Source: Gammaproteobacteria bacterium (GTDB taxonomy: Bacteria > Pseudomonadota > Gammaproteobacteria > Enterobacterales > Alteromonadaceae). Taken from it: a stretch of DNA of 62,595 bases. Every line of letters begins with the position of its first letter. Position 1 is the first letter of the stretch. The stretch lies in contig NVTW01000009.1 of NCBI GenBank assembly GCA_002401725.1, positions 32,258-94,852 on the forward strand. The letters are read 5' to 3'. A program made the position numbers and the translations under genes. Of this stretch, positions 26,233-35,498 are shown in pieces. The notes under the pieces are model-generated. The model did not search any database. It had not been told where the DNA came from and saw only the letters and a list, made by a program, of their open reading frames with translations.

Positions 26233-28032
26233 TTATTTAACAATTCTTATTTTCGTTACTGGTGTCGGTTCTAAGCCAACTTGCAGCTGCTCTAAAATAG
26301 TTTCAATCGCACTTTCATCAACCTGCAAACCGTCTAAATAATTAGTTTCAATTTTAGACAGTGGTCGGTCTAACTCACTCGCTATACGCATTTTTAAATC
26401 TAAACTGTCGAGTGCTTTTAATGGTTTTTTCTCCAATTCGCCTAACGATATTTTTTCACCTTTTGGCGAAATAAATTCAGGATTATTAATGTTTTGTAAA
26501 TGGCTTAACGAATTTAAACCACCGCTGGGCAGCGAAGAAAAAGGTTGAACTTTTTTTAATTTGGCTTTTTTAATGTCTTCATCAGACAAATTTGGAAACG
26601 CTGTTTTATCCGCAATTTTGGCTTGTTTATCAACTACCGTATCAGCACGTTGAACAAAGTTTTCACCCACCACAGGGGCGTCAACTCTAAAACCGGCTTC
26701 ATCAAATGCTAGCGGCAATACTTCATGAATTAATTCTTGTTTATTAAAGTCGGTCACTCGTATCAGCGCCGCACAGCTATCGCCCATTAAAACAGGGCTA
26801 ACGCTTACTTGCAGATTTATATATATGTTAGCTAAATCACTTACGTCATAGGTTAATGTCGCTTTTGCTTTGGGGTGGCGAAGCGTAACGGTTAAATCAT
26901 TTTTAACCGTGCGTATTTTAGGTTCATTACTGAGCAAATAACGACACAGTTTTTCATCGGGCAAGGCTTTTAAATGAGCAATAAAATTGACTTGCATAAT
27001 TTTTTGCCAACATTCAAATCGCGCCATTTTATGGCGTCCATGAATTGAATTGTAACCAGGTATAGTATTAGCGTTATACGCTATCTGCCATGCTTTAACT
27101 CTAGTATTTAACTCAGCAACGCTATTAACAGGCTCAAGTAAAATACGGCTTTCAAACAGTTTTTCAACCATATCATTGCCCTTTTCAACTTGTCCTTTAG
27201 CACGCGAATGTTTTACCGCGTGGGCAATGGGTTTAACGTGCAATTGTGGCAAGGCTTGCGCTAGTGCTTTCGAAGTATTAGCACTGCCTTTATCCCACAC
27301 TAAAATATCAGGGGTACCATGAAATGGATTGCCGGTTTTAACTCCCCAGCACCATAATAAAAATTCATATAACACCGCTGTACTTTCACCTGCGGTGGCA
27401 AAATAACGTACCGCAATAACATCACTAAAGTGATCGGTTAAAACATAACGCCATACCCGTAAATGTTTAATTTTTTCTAAGTTCGCTGGTTTGTTGGCAT
27501 AAAATTCGTCTTCACTGGCGTAGTGTTGCACCTTGCCTTTTTGACAACCCGGTGGGTAATACAATAAACAAATAGACGGATCAACCTGATGCACATGGTT
27601 AGGATATAAACTGCGTTGTTGCACATGAGGCCTATCTTTAGCAAGTTGCTTTGCCGTAGCCTGTTGCTGGCGTAACAAGCGATTAATAGTACTATTGCTT
27701 TTCATTTTGTAACCATTAGCCACCAAAATAGAGGCCATATTAGGTGTTTCCATAATTTGCTTACCATTGGCTCTAACGCCTGTACGTAAACCTGCTTTAA
27801 GCAAATCGAGTGCAGCTTGATCTTGGCTGGTGGTACCAGCATCACAACGTTTTTTTCTGCCTGCGTTCCAGCCTACTTTTTTAAGCTGGTTATAAAATTT
27901 GTCTTTGGTCCAATCAAAAAAATGTAATGCTTCATTAATAATCATCCCTTTTTCACCATAGCCCGCTTCAGTTAAGCGTTGAGCATAACGACATAGTTCA
28001 TCATAATGAGGCATCATTTGAGCAGTAGACAT
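26233..28032 (-). CDS. MuA-like DDE transposase
   Basis: The rve-type catalytic core is recognisable (HQVDPS; ILVWDKGSANTS; AKGQVEKGN). 599 aa. Positioned upstream of the MuB-like gene. Confidence 0.88.
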   Translation of the reverse strand: MSTAQMMPHYDELCRYAQRLTEAGYGEKGMIINEALHFFDWTKDKFYNQLKKVGWNAGRKKRCDAGTTSQDQAALDLLKAGLRTGVRANGKQIMETPNMASILVANGYKMKSNSTINRLLRQQQATAKQLAKDRPHVQQRSLYPNHVHQVDPSICLLYYPPGCQKGKVQHYASEDEFYANKPANLEKIKHLRVWRYVLTDHFSDVIAVRYFATAGESTAVLYEFLLWCWGVKTGNPFHGTPDILVWDKGSANTSKALAQALPQLHVKPIAHAVKHSRAKGQVEKGNDMVEKLFESRILLEPVNSVAELNTRVKAWQIAYNANTIPGYNSIHGRHKMARFECWQKIMQVNFIAHLKALPDEKLCRYLLSNEPKIRTVKNDLTVTLRHPKAKATLTYDVSDLANIYINLQVSVSPVLMGDSCAALIRVTDFNKQELIHEVLPLAFDEAGFRVDAPVVGENFVQRADTVVDKQAKIADKTAFPNLSDEDIKKAKLKKVQPFSSLPSGGLNSLSHLQNINNPEFISPKGEKISLGELEKKPLKALDSLDLKMRIASELDRPLSKIETNYLDGLQVDESAIETILEQLQVGLEPTPVTKIRIVK

Positions 28033-28037
28033 TATTG

Positions 28038-28931
28038 TTACTCCGCAGCTGCAGACTGAGCTAACATTTCGAGTACTTCAATACTCGGCTTTATGTCGTT
28101 TAAATGTGCCTCAAAATCAGTTTCGCAATTTAACCAAAGCAGTGCGGTTTCTTCCGCTACTTGTTTAACTTCACTCAAGAAAGCTTGCACAATTAAATTG
28201 TATGCTTGTGGATTAATGTTTTGATAGCCATCAAACAACTGCCTGTGAATTTGTGATAATTGATCTTGTGCGCTAAGTGCTTTTACTTTTAAAGCGGTGA
28301 TGGTTTCAAGTGCTTCTTTTACTTCACTTTGCCAATCGTGCGTAGCTATCTGCTTAGTAGAAAGTTGTTCTTTAAGCTGATCTATTTCACGATTTTTATC
28401 GGTGTTAATATCGCGGATAACCTCTAATTGGGTATCACGCTCTTTAATTTCTTCCGTTAATTTTTGTTTTTCTTGCTCTTTTTTAGCGGTAATATTTTCA
28501 ATAAATGCAGTAACAGTTTCTTTATCTCCTTCTGCAATCGCTTTATCACAAACCTCAGTTATTTCATCTTCATCAAATTTTCGCAATTTACGCATGTCTC
28601 GTGAGCCCAAACCCATTTCATCTGCAGCCAGCATAAAATCTTCACCAAATTTTTTAAAATTTAGAATTTTTTCGTCGATACTGCTTTTTGATGTTTTTAA
28701 AATGTATTTACAAACGTCGTCCCAATTGACCGACAGTCGGTCATTTCCGTCTTTATCAATAAACGGTAAGCCTTTGTAACTATTAGATTCTTTTAGTTCT
28801 ATCGCTATTTTGATCAGACCGACATCCGTCATTTTATTCATTAAATTGAAGGCATTAAATTGTCCTATCTTTTGAACTGCAGCCAAAGTTTCAACGCTGA
28901 AATTATTCTTAATTGTCATTGTGATCACCAA
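28038..28931 (-). CDS. coiled-coil phage early protein (DUF3102-like position)
   Basis: 297-aa ORF with a long heptad-rich centre, immediately upstream of the transposase. Confidence 0.5.
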   Translation of the reverse strand: MVITMTIKNNFSVETLAAVQKIGQFNAFNLMNKMTDVGLIKIAIELKESNSYKGLPFIDKDGNDRLSVNWDDVCKYILKTSKSSIDEKILNFKKFGEDFMLAADEMGLGSRDMRKLRKFDEDEITEVCDKAIAEGDKETVTAFIENITAKKEQEKQKLTEEIKERDTQLEVIRDINTDKNREIDQLKEQLSTKQIATHDWQSEVKEALETITALKVKALSAQDQLSQIHRQLFDGYQNINPQAYNLIVQAFLSEVKQVAEETALLWLNCETDFEAHLNDIKPSIEVLEMLAQSAAAE

Positions 28932-29338
28932 ATTTTGTTGTAGTTATTAATGTCTTGTTGTATCTGTTGATTTGCCTGTTGCAAGCCCATGGTGATGGTT
29001 TGTGCAAACTGGCTAAATTTACTGGCTAAACGCCAACGGTCATTATTTCTTGGGTGTTTTTCTACCCAATGCAGGTGTACCAAATTGGCAATACTTTTGG
29101 TTATTACCGGGCGGGCACAGCTAATTTTGCTAGCTATTTCTCCGGTAGATAAACCCTCAGCTTCACAGCCGACTAATGCTTCTACTATTTTGCAAATACG
29201 GCATTGGCTTTCGCTAAAATATTTGCTCATTGAAAAATTCCCCATTCGATGGTTTGCATTAAAATTAAAAAACTCATAAACCCCAACGCCGCGAAAAATT
29301 CGAGCAGAGTTAATCGTACGCGCTTCCACTTGGGCCAC
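28925..29338 (-). CDS. winged-helix DNA-binding protein (start uncertain; likely ATG 29230 or 29245)
   Basis: CRICKIVEAL…GLSTGEIASKISCARPVITKSIANLVHLHWVEKH is a MarR/IclR-like wHTH. Confidence 0.5.
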   Translation of the reverse strand: MAQVEARTINSARIFRGVGVYEFFNFNANHRMGNFSMSKYFSESQCRICKIVEALVGCEAEGLSTGEIASKISCARPVITKSIANLVHLHWVEKHPRNNDRWRLASKFSQFAQTITMGLQQANQQIQQDINNYNKIW

Positions 29339-29390
29339 GTTTCAAAAATTAAGTCGTCTACTCTACGGCGCGGCGTTGGTTTAGTTTTCA

Positions 29391-29870
29391 TTAGTCGTTT
29401 ACCAAGCTCAGTTCGCTTTGCGGTTGATCTAAAGCACCGACGTTTTTTTGGTGAAACGCTAAATCTTCCATTAACTTTTTAATTGCATCGGTAGTTTCTT
29501 GGGCGCTTTTTAAACCTTCGGTGTGACGCATGATCAAACCAGAAACTTCAATCATAAATGCTTGTAAATCTATTAAATCGCGGTGTTCTGCTTTTCGACC
29601 TGTGGGCGCTTTCACCAATAAAAAACCTTGGCTATGCGCTAAATACTGAGTAACAAAGTTAATACCGCAAGCTTGCTCGAAAGCGATCACTTTGTTCACC
29701 GGCATTTTTGCGCTGCCTAGCCATTTATAAATTAAATCGCTGGTTTCACTTAAATGATCACCAATGCGGGCAACACTCATGTTTTTCTTTTCAATGCCAT
29801 GTTCTTTAGTGAGTTGTAATGCATGATTCATGTTGTGCGGTACAACCCGTTTCCAATAGATCTTAGTCAT
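29391..29870 (-). CDS. HTH regulator, CII-like
   Basis: MSVARIGDHLSETSDLIYKWL…FEQACGINFVTQYLA is HTH-like. It lies in the early operon. Confidence 0.5.
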   Translation of the reverse strand: MTKIYWKRVVPHNMNHALQLTKEHGIEKKNMSVARIGDHLSETSDLIYKWLGSAKMPVNKVIAFEQACGINFVTQYLAHSQGFLLVKAPTGRKAEHRDLIDLQAFMIEVSGLIMRHTEGLKSAQETTDAIKKLMEDLAFHQKNVGALDQPQSELSLVND

Positions 29871-30105
29871 TAGAAATTGCTCCCTGTGGGCGTTTCAAAA
29901 CAAACAACTGGCTTGGAATTAAAAGCTCGTATAAATTTGAATTAAGTTTTTTTTGCAAGGCGGCAATAACATGAACATCAGACAAACGAAGTCGAACAAA
30001 AATAGGCGTAAAAGCATTATTGTTAGTAAAACAATGGGGCAGCCAACAAGTAGCACTTTTAGGATTGATGATCCGAGTTTTTGTTATTGTATAAGTGGGA
30101 TTCAT
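29863..30105 (-). CDS. hypothetical phage early protein
   Basis: 80-aa ORF between ner and the CII-like gene. Confidence 0.35.
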   Translation of the reverse strand: MNPTYTITKTRIINPKSATCWLPHCFTNNNAFTPIFVRLRLSDVHVIAALQKKLNSNLYELLIPSQLFVLKRPQGAISND

Positions 30106-30120
30106 GATTTTTGTTATTCC

Positions 30121-30387
30121 TTAACTAGCCAATTGCTCTTGCCAATATTTTTCTTGTGCATCTTTACTTTGAAACTTATTTTCTTGCCTATAAAAAGCTA
30201 TCTGAGGAAAGACTATATCGATAGGTTTATTAATTGCCTTAGCAATAGCTGTAGCTATTTCTTTACTTGTGTGAGTTCCCATTGCTGTTTGACGTACAGC
30301 TGAATGAGATTTTTTTAGAACTCTAGCTATGATTGAAATAGAGCAACCATTAGCTCTTAACGCTTGTTTTATATCTTCGAATTCCAT
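30121..30387 (-). CDS. ner: Ner-like DNA-binding regulator
   Basis: MEFEDIKQALRANGCSISIIARVLKKSHSAV…IATAIAKAINKPIDIVFPQ resembles Mu Ner (…IAGLKKRKLSLSALSR…IIANALETKPEVIWPSRY). ATG 30387 has AGAGG upstream. Confidence 0.72.
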   Translation of the reverse strand: MEFEDIKQALRANGCSISIIARVLKKSHSAVRQTAMGTHTSKEIATAIAKAINKPIDIVFPQIAFYRQENKFQSKDAQEKYWQEQLAS

Positions 30388-30418
30388 ATGATACCTCTTT
30401 GAAGTTATATTAAACCTT

Positions 30419-30459
30419 GTTTGAGCTGGACTCAAACTCGAATTAAATCTCAATTGAGA
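30419..30459. promoter_or_regulatory. candidate operators in the c/ner divergent control region
   Basis: GTTTGAG-ctgga-CTCAAAC (30419-30437) and the perfect palindrome TCTCAATTGAGA (30448-30459). Both share TTGAG/CTCAA half-sites. Confidence 0.45.
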
Positions 30460-30477
30460 CGAGTATTACATCACAAA

Positions 30478-30954
30478 ATGATAGAGTCAACACTTAAATA
30501 CGCATTTGAGATGAAAGATTTTGATTTTTTTATGACGCGATTAGAATCTTTGCCTGAAAAAGCACCGTTAAAAGATAGTGATAAGGCTATTTTTCTTGGT
30601 GTAAGCCGAAGCACGTTCTCAACATGGAAATCTAGAAACAAAGTTCCGTATTATGAATTATTGCAAATGTGTTCTCACTTGCGTATTAGTATGGATTGGT
30701 TTTTTGAAGGTAAAGGTTCGCCTTATTTAGATAATAAAAAAGACAATAATTTACAGAAAACAACAGAACCTAAAGAGGAACTGTTTATTGACATGATGAA
30801 AAAAATAATACCTGAAATTGAGCGCGCGCAATTACCCATGTCTGACGAAATATTATCGGTAATGGTTAAAACTTATATGAATTTTAAAGATAAGCCTGGG
30901 GCAAACTTACCCTACATATTAAGGGCGGTTGCTGAATCACAAAGAAAATACTAA
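30478..30954 (+). CDS. CI-type phage repressor (Phage_CI_repr-like HTH)
   Basis: DKAIFLGVSRSTFSTWKSRNKVPYYELLQMCSHLRISMDWFFEGKG fits the CI-repressor HTH domain. It is divergent from ner. The start is uncertain (30421, 30478 or 30511). Confidence 0.68.
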   Translation: MIESTLKYAFEMKDFDFFMTRLESLPEKAPLKDSDKAIFLGVSRSTFSTWKSRNKVPYYELLQMCSHLRISMDWFFEGKGSPYLDNKKDNNLQKTTEPKEELFIDMMKKIIPEIERAQLPMSDEILSVMVKTYMNFKDKPGANLPYILRAVAESQRKY

Positions 30955-31030
30955 TACAGGTTATTTTATTCTTTGGCGTACATATTGCATTTTGATGACT
31001 TATTAACAAGTAAGTCAAAAAAATGGGGAT

Positions 31031-31558
31031 ATGATGAAAAAATTAATTTTAAGCGCTGTGTTGGCGTTAACCGTATTTAGTGCAGTGTCTGCAACCGTAG
31101 CAAACGAAAAGCAAGTTGCCATACAACAACTGCAACGGGCAAAAATAGTCAATATGGTGGTTGAGTTAAAACTGCCAGACGGTAGCCATATTACCGTTAA
31201 CAATATGGACTTTTGCACACCAGGAGGTTTTTATAATGGTGTGCAAGCGCTAGTATTTGGAGACGAGGCGGTTAAAGTTATGCAAGCGGGTATGGCAGCA
31301 TTATACCCAAAAGTGGGCGACAGTATTAATCGCATGTGGAATACCAAAAGCAATCCTGATGATCCGCGATTGCCCACGTATTTGATGATCCGTGAACCCG
31401 TAAACAGTAAACATAATAAAAAAGTAAAAGGAGATGCTAACAAACAACTAATTGGGCGCTTTAAATCATCAGCTAAAATTTTAAAAATAGATGATAACAC
31501 ACCAATTATCATGTCGACATGTGGGGGATATAATCATCCTGATGACAACGTGAGATAG
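31031..31558 (+). CDS. secreted protein of unknown function (moron gene 1)
   Basis: Signal peptide MMKKLILSAVLALTVFSAVSATVA. Confidence 0.6.
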   Translation: MMKKLILSAVLALTVFSAVSATVANEKQVAIQQLQRAKIVNMVVELKLPDGSHITVNNMDFCTPGGFYNGVQALVFGDEAVKVMQAGMAALYPKVGDSINRMWNTKSNPDDPRLPTYLMIREPVNSKHNKKVKGDANKQLIGRFKSSAKILKIDDNTPIIMSTCGGYNHPDDNVR

Positions 31559-31569
31559 CATAATTATGA

Positions 31570-34497
31570 ATGGGCATAAGTAAAAAAGGAATACTAATTT
31601 ATGTTTTAATGTTCACTTGCTTTTTGTGTAATAACAGTTGGGCAAGTGAACTTTCTATTACATTACCTAGAACAATAACCCAAGATAGCGATGGCTTTAT
31701 TTGGGTTGGTACACAAACCAACGTAAAACGTTACGACGGCCATCATTTTACCTCGCTAGCCAAGCACTATGGCTATATCAATAAAGTAATAAACCACCAA
31801 CAAATAACCTATGTTGCGGCAAGTAAAGCGGTTGTTGCTATAAACAAGCAATTACAAGAAACCGTACTTTTTCAAGCACAACCTAATAATGAAATACTCG
31901 ATTTAGTTTTGTCTGAACATTATTTATATGTATTACTGCAAAAACAACTTATTAGCATTAATTTAAATAAAACAAGTAAGCCACATTATGTTTTGTACTC
32001 ATTTAACTCGATAACAAATGGCAGAATTACTGCATTAAATAAAGAAATATGTTTTGCTAATTTAAAAAAGTTTACGTGTATCAATAGTAAAACAAAAGAC
32101 ACTTTTACCCTTAATTCACCTGAAACTATTCGCGATCTATTAGTAGACAAAACCCGCACTAGCGATATTATCATTGCGACGCAACATTCGCTTTATCAAT
32201 ACGATTATTATTCTCGCTATTTAACGCTTGTTAAACACTTCAACAATAATAATAAAATAACCAAAGTAGCACGAGTAGCTAATACCAGCACTAAGCTATG
32301 GTTAGTAATAAACAACCAAATAAAACGCTTTAATTTGGCCACTAAAAAATTTGAAAAACATAATTTCCAACGCCAATTAACCAGTAGAATATATGATATT
32401 TATCAAAGTAGTGATAATACGCTTTGGCTTGCAGCAACTACCTTAGAAAAATATCCACAAACAAACATTCTAGTTTCAAATATTAAAAATTTAACGCAAA
32501 CATCAGGTATGGCGTGGTTTATTCATTATTTTGCTCAATATTTAATAATAGATGCGAATGGTGTTCATCGTTTAAATAACCAAACGCTAGCAATTTCACC
32601 GTATAAAAATATAAATAAATTAACTCAAGGCAATTTATACAGCGCATTAGCATTAAATGGCGATTTGTTTGTTGGCGGCTATTACGGTTTATTTAAGATA
32701 GAGCCTAACGACGATACCGTAATTAATTTAAGCGCGTTAATTAATTACGATACAGTACAATGTATACGACCAATAAATAGTTACCAACTTGCCATTTGTA
32801 CTGCGAATAACGGTGTTTATTTTGTTAACACTAAAAATAACACCGCGAAAAAATATTTTAGTAACCCAAGTATTGTCAGTATTGTTGATTTTTTACTTGA
32901 AAAAAATGACGTTAATAATGTGTGGATAGCAACGGATGTGGGTTTGTATCATTTAAGTAATAAACATTTAACTCGCTACTTGCCGCAATCTCATGTTATT
33001 CGCTTAGTACAGCAAAATAACACGCTATATGCGGCTACCATAGGCGATGGTTTATATAAAATTAAACGATTTGATCAAGCGGTACAAATTAACAAATTAA
33101 ATGGTATTGGTGAGCGCGTTAACGACATTGTTTTAAAAGATAACATGCTTACGTTTACAACCGCACTTGGCATGGGCACTTACAACACTATAACAGCACA
33201 AGTAACAACAGCGCCGCTAGGATACAGTGTTGGTAGAATACTAGTTGATGTAAACCAGCAAAAAGCAATTAGTAGTAACGGAAAATTAATTACTTGGACC
33301 AGCCACTCTCAAGCGCCGTTGAAAAAGAAACAAAGCCACTTACATTTAAGTAATTATTTAGTTAATGGTAAAAATGCTTTACTTAAAACACCGTTAGATG
33401 ATAACGATTTTGTTGAATTAATTTTCAGCACCAATACCTACAGAGCAACAGAACTACATACATTTAGAACAAAAATAAATGATCACCCATGGAATCAATT
33501 TTCATCAATAAATCAACTAAGCTTTTTGCCTAGTTGGGGTGAAAACACAATAATAATCCAAGCGAAAAATGGCGATACAACCTTAACTAAAAAAATACAA
33601 TTTTATGTAAATTACCCATGGTACGTGAGTAATATTGCTAAGCTATTTTATGGTTTATTACTATTGTATTTTTGCTATGCCTTATTGTTATGGTTTGTTA
33701 ATAATAAACGTAAATTCATTAAGCAACAAAATAAGCATTTAAGTGCTATAGAAAAAATAAAGAGCAAAAACAAACAAAATTTAGCTAAGCTTATTAAAAA
33801 ATCAAACGCTATTATATTAAATAATAAACGCAGTATTGAACTAAAAAACACCCAAGTTATGTCAAAAATACTGGATGCAAACACATACATTTGTGAGATA
33901 GACTATCAGCCGATAGTCGAAAAAATAGATAGCATTTCAGCGTTAATACTGATCGGTCAATATGACAAAGCCATCGACAATGCAGAAACATTATCTAACG
34001 ACATACAAATAACTGCAGCACTCGCCGCACCCGACATAATAACCAACACCGACATTGTATCGGCGCTACAACTGTTAATTATGTCTAAACTTTCTCAAAA
34101 ATTTTTGTTACATATTGAGTACACTAACACGCCAATATTTTTGCCAGAAACTGAAAAAAATAGTCATATCATCAGATGTTTATATAAATGTATTTACGAG
34201 TTGCTAACCTACATAATAGAAGAATTGTCGATATCAACCATTAATATGTCTTTGACACAAGTACAAAACAGTCTATCTTTAACTATCGATATTGAAGATA
34301 ATCGTTTGACGTTAGCCAGTTTTAATGATCAAAATTTGTCTTTATACCAAGTGGCATTACTCGCGTATAAATTAGAAGCAACACTGGCAGTTGAGTCACA
34401 ACAAAACAAAAATATTTCTATCGTTTTAACTATACCGCTTGGTGTACAAAACCAAGTCAACTTTATAACAAACAATGTTAATTTTAAGGATGAATAA
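31570..34497 (+). CDS. transmembrane sensor-like protein: periplasmic beta-propeller (Reg_prop-type repeats) + Y_Y_Y domain + TM + degenerate kinase-like C-terminus (moron gene 2)
   Basis: ITQDSDGFIWVGTQTNVKRYDGHHF and later repeats (LWLAATT, VWIATDVGLYHL, LYAATIGDGLYKI). A Y_Y_Y-like segment ends …KIQFYVNYPWY. TM helix IAKLFYGLLLLYFCYALLLWFV. No H-box or N/G boxes are seen in the last ~270 aa. Confidence 0.65.
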   Translation: MGISKKGILIYVLMFTCFLCNNSWASELSITLPRTITQDSDGFIWVGTQTNVKRYDGHHFTSLAKHYGYINKVINHQQITYVAASKAVVAINKQLQETVLFQAQPNNEILDLVLSEHYLYVLLQKQLISINLNKTSKPHYVLYSFNSITNGRITALNKEICFANLKKFTCINSKTKDTFTLNSPETIRDLLVDKTRTSDIIIATQHSLYQYDYYSRYLTLVKHFNNNNKITKVARVANTSTKLWLVINNQIKRFNLATKKFEKHNFQRQLTSRIYDIYQSSDNTLWLAATTLEKYPQTNILVSNIKNLTQTSGMAWFIHYFAQYLIIDANGVHRLNNQTLAISPYKNINKLTQGNLYSALALNGDLFVGGYYGLFKIEPNDDTVINLSALINYDTVQCIRPINSYQLAICTANNGVYFVNTKNNTAKKYFSNPSIVSIVDFLLEKNDVNNVWIATDVGLYHLSNKHLTRYLPQSHVIRLVQQNNTLYAATIGDGLYKIKRFDQAVQINKLNGIGERVNDIVLKDNMLTFTTALGMGTYNTITAQVTTAPLGYSVGRILVDVNQQKAISSNGKLITWTSHSQAPLKKKQSHLHLSNYLVNGKNALLKTPLDDNDFVELIFSTNTYRATELHTFRTKINDHPWNQFSSINQLSFLPSWGENTIIIQAKNGDTTLTKKIQFYVNYPWYVSNIAKLFYGLLLLYFCYALLLWFVNNKRKFIKQQNKHLSAIEKIKSKNKQNLAKLIKKSNAIILNNKRSIELKNTQVMSKILDANTYICEIDYQPIVEKIDSISALILIGQYDKAIDNAETLSNDIQITAALAAPDIITNTDIVSALQLLIMSKLSQKFLLHIEYTNTPIFLPETEKNSHIIRCLYKCIYELLTYIIEELSISTINMSLTQVQNSLSLTIDIEDNRLTLASFNDQNLSLYQVALLAYKLEATLAVESQQNKNISIVLTIPLGVQNQVNFITNNVNFKDE

Positions 34498-34838
34498 TGA
34501 ATAAAGCAACCTGCCTAATTTCAGTAATTTTGATGTTATGTGCTTGCGCAAATCAGGTAACCACTGGACAAAGAGTTTTTTTAACTCCGGCTAATTCTGC
34601 ACATTTACCCAACTGTGAATTATTAGGACAAGTACAAGTTGATGCGAAAATTGCTGGTTTGTGGGATCACAATCAACAAGTAATGGAAATTAAAAACCGT
34701 TTACGCGACGCAGCAGCTAACCAATACCCTACGGCCGATACTGTAACCCATTCAGATTTAAATATTGGCTTGTGGTCTAATCCTGATGCGCAAGCAATGG
34801 GCACCGTTTTTAAATGTTTTGCTAAAAACAAAACTTAA
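34497..34838 (+). CDS. lipoprotein, DUF4156-like (moron gene 3)
   Basis: Lipobox region ILMLCAC. C..LG.V…AA…ADTV…G.VFKC pattern. ATGA overlap with gene 2. Confidence 0.6.
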   Translation: MNKATCLISVILMLCACANQVTTGQRVFLTPANSAHLPNCELLGQVQVDAKIAGLWDHNQQVMEIKNRLRDAAANQYPTADTVTHSDLNIGLWSNPDAQAMGTVFKCFAKNKT

Positions 34839-34907
34839 CATCACACAATAATACTTTACTAACTCAGGTTATTATCATCTTAGCTCTCATGCCGCCACAC
34901 TGGTGGC

Positions 34908-35498
34908 ATGAAAACATTCAACGTAAACACACTACATCCGGTTGCTTGCTTTGCCATTGAATTAATCATTGGTAAAGAAGGTGGCTACAGCGATGACAAA
35001 ACCGACCAAGGTGGCAAAACCAACTTTGGCATATCTGACGCGCGCGATGGACAATGCGATGGGCTAATCGATATTAACAACGATGGCCAAGGCGACATTG
35101 TGGTTAAAAATTTAACCTATGCGCAAGCGGCACAAATTTATTATAACGACTACTGGTTAAAGAATTGTTGCGAGCAATTACACCCCGCTTTAGCTTTAAC
35201 GGTATTCGATTGCGCAGTCAATCAAGGCGGTAGCTTTGCTCGTAAAGCGCTACAGCGACTCGCTAAAACCACTATCGACGGCATCATTGGTCCTAAAACC
35301 ATTGCCACGGTTAATGCTATTGCGGTGTTAACGCTACTTGAAAAATTTAACGAAGCACGTTTAAAGCGTTATCGCCGCATTGTTAAGCGCAATAAATCAC
35401 AACAAAAATATATCAAGGGTTGGCTAAATCGTTTGCGCGATATCGACGAACGCTGCGTTGCTATTGCTACCTTTGGTTTTACCGATGAACAGCCTTAA
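34908..35498 (+). CDS. endolysin, GH108 lysozyme + PG_binding_3
   Basis: KEGGYSDDKTDQGGKTNFGI…YYNDYW…FDCAVNQG…IDGIIGPKT is the GH108/PG_binding_3 signature. Confidence 0.85.
   Translation: MKTFNVNTLHPVACFAIELIIGKEGGYSDDKTDQGGKTNFGISDARDGQCDGLIDINNDGQGDIVVKNLTYAQAAQIYYNDYWLKNCCEQLHPALALTVFDCAVNQGGSFARKALQRLAKTTIDGIIGPKTIATVNAIAVLTLLEKFNEARLKRYRRIVKRNKSQQKYIKGWLNRLRDIDERCVAIATFGFTDEQP

Noticed and set aside
25470-29482. Plus-strand ORFs 25470-25841, 28402-28779, 28989-29279 and 29249-29482 in the prophage early arm
   Set aside because: Each lies antisense to a better-supported early gene (the MuB-like, coiled-coil and wHTH genes). The Ser/Leu/Ile-rich translations are typical of shadow frames.
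30994-31015. TGACTTA…TAAGTCA hairpin after the repressor gene as a terminator
   Set aside because: The 7-bp stem is followed by an A-run, not a T-run, on the coding strand, so it does not look like an intrinsic terminator. It is too weak to list as a feature.
31570-34497. Calling the 975-aa protein a bona fide histidine kinase
   Set aside because: No H-box, N, G1 or G2 motifs are visible and there is no partner response regulator. It is described only as sensor-like with a degenerate kinase-shaped tail.
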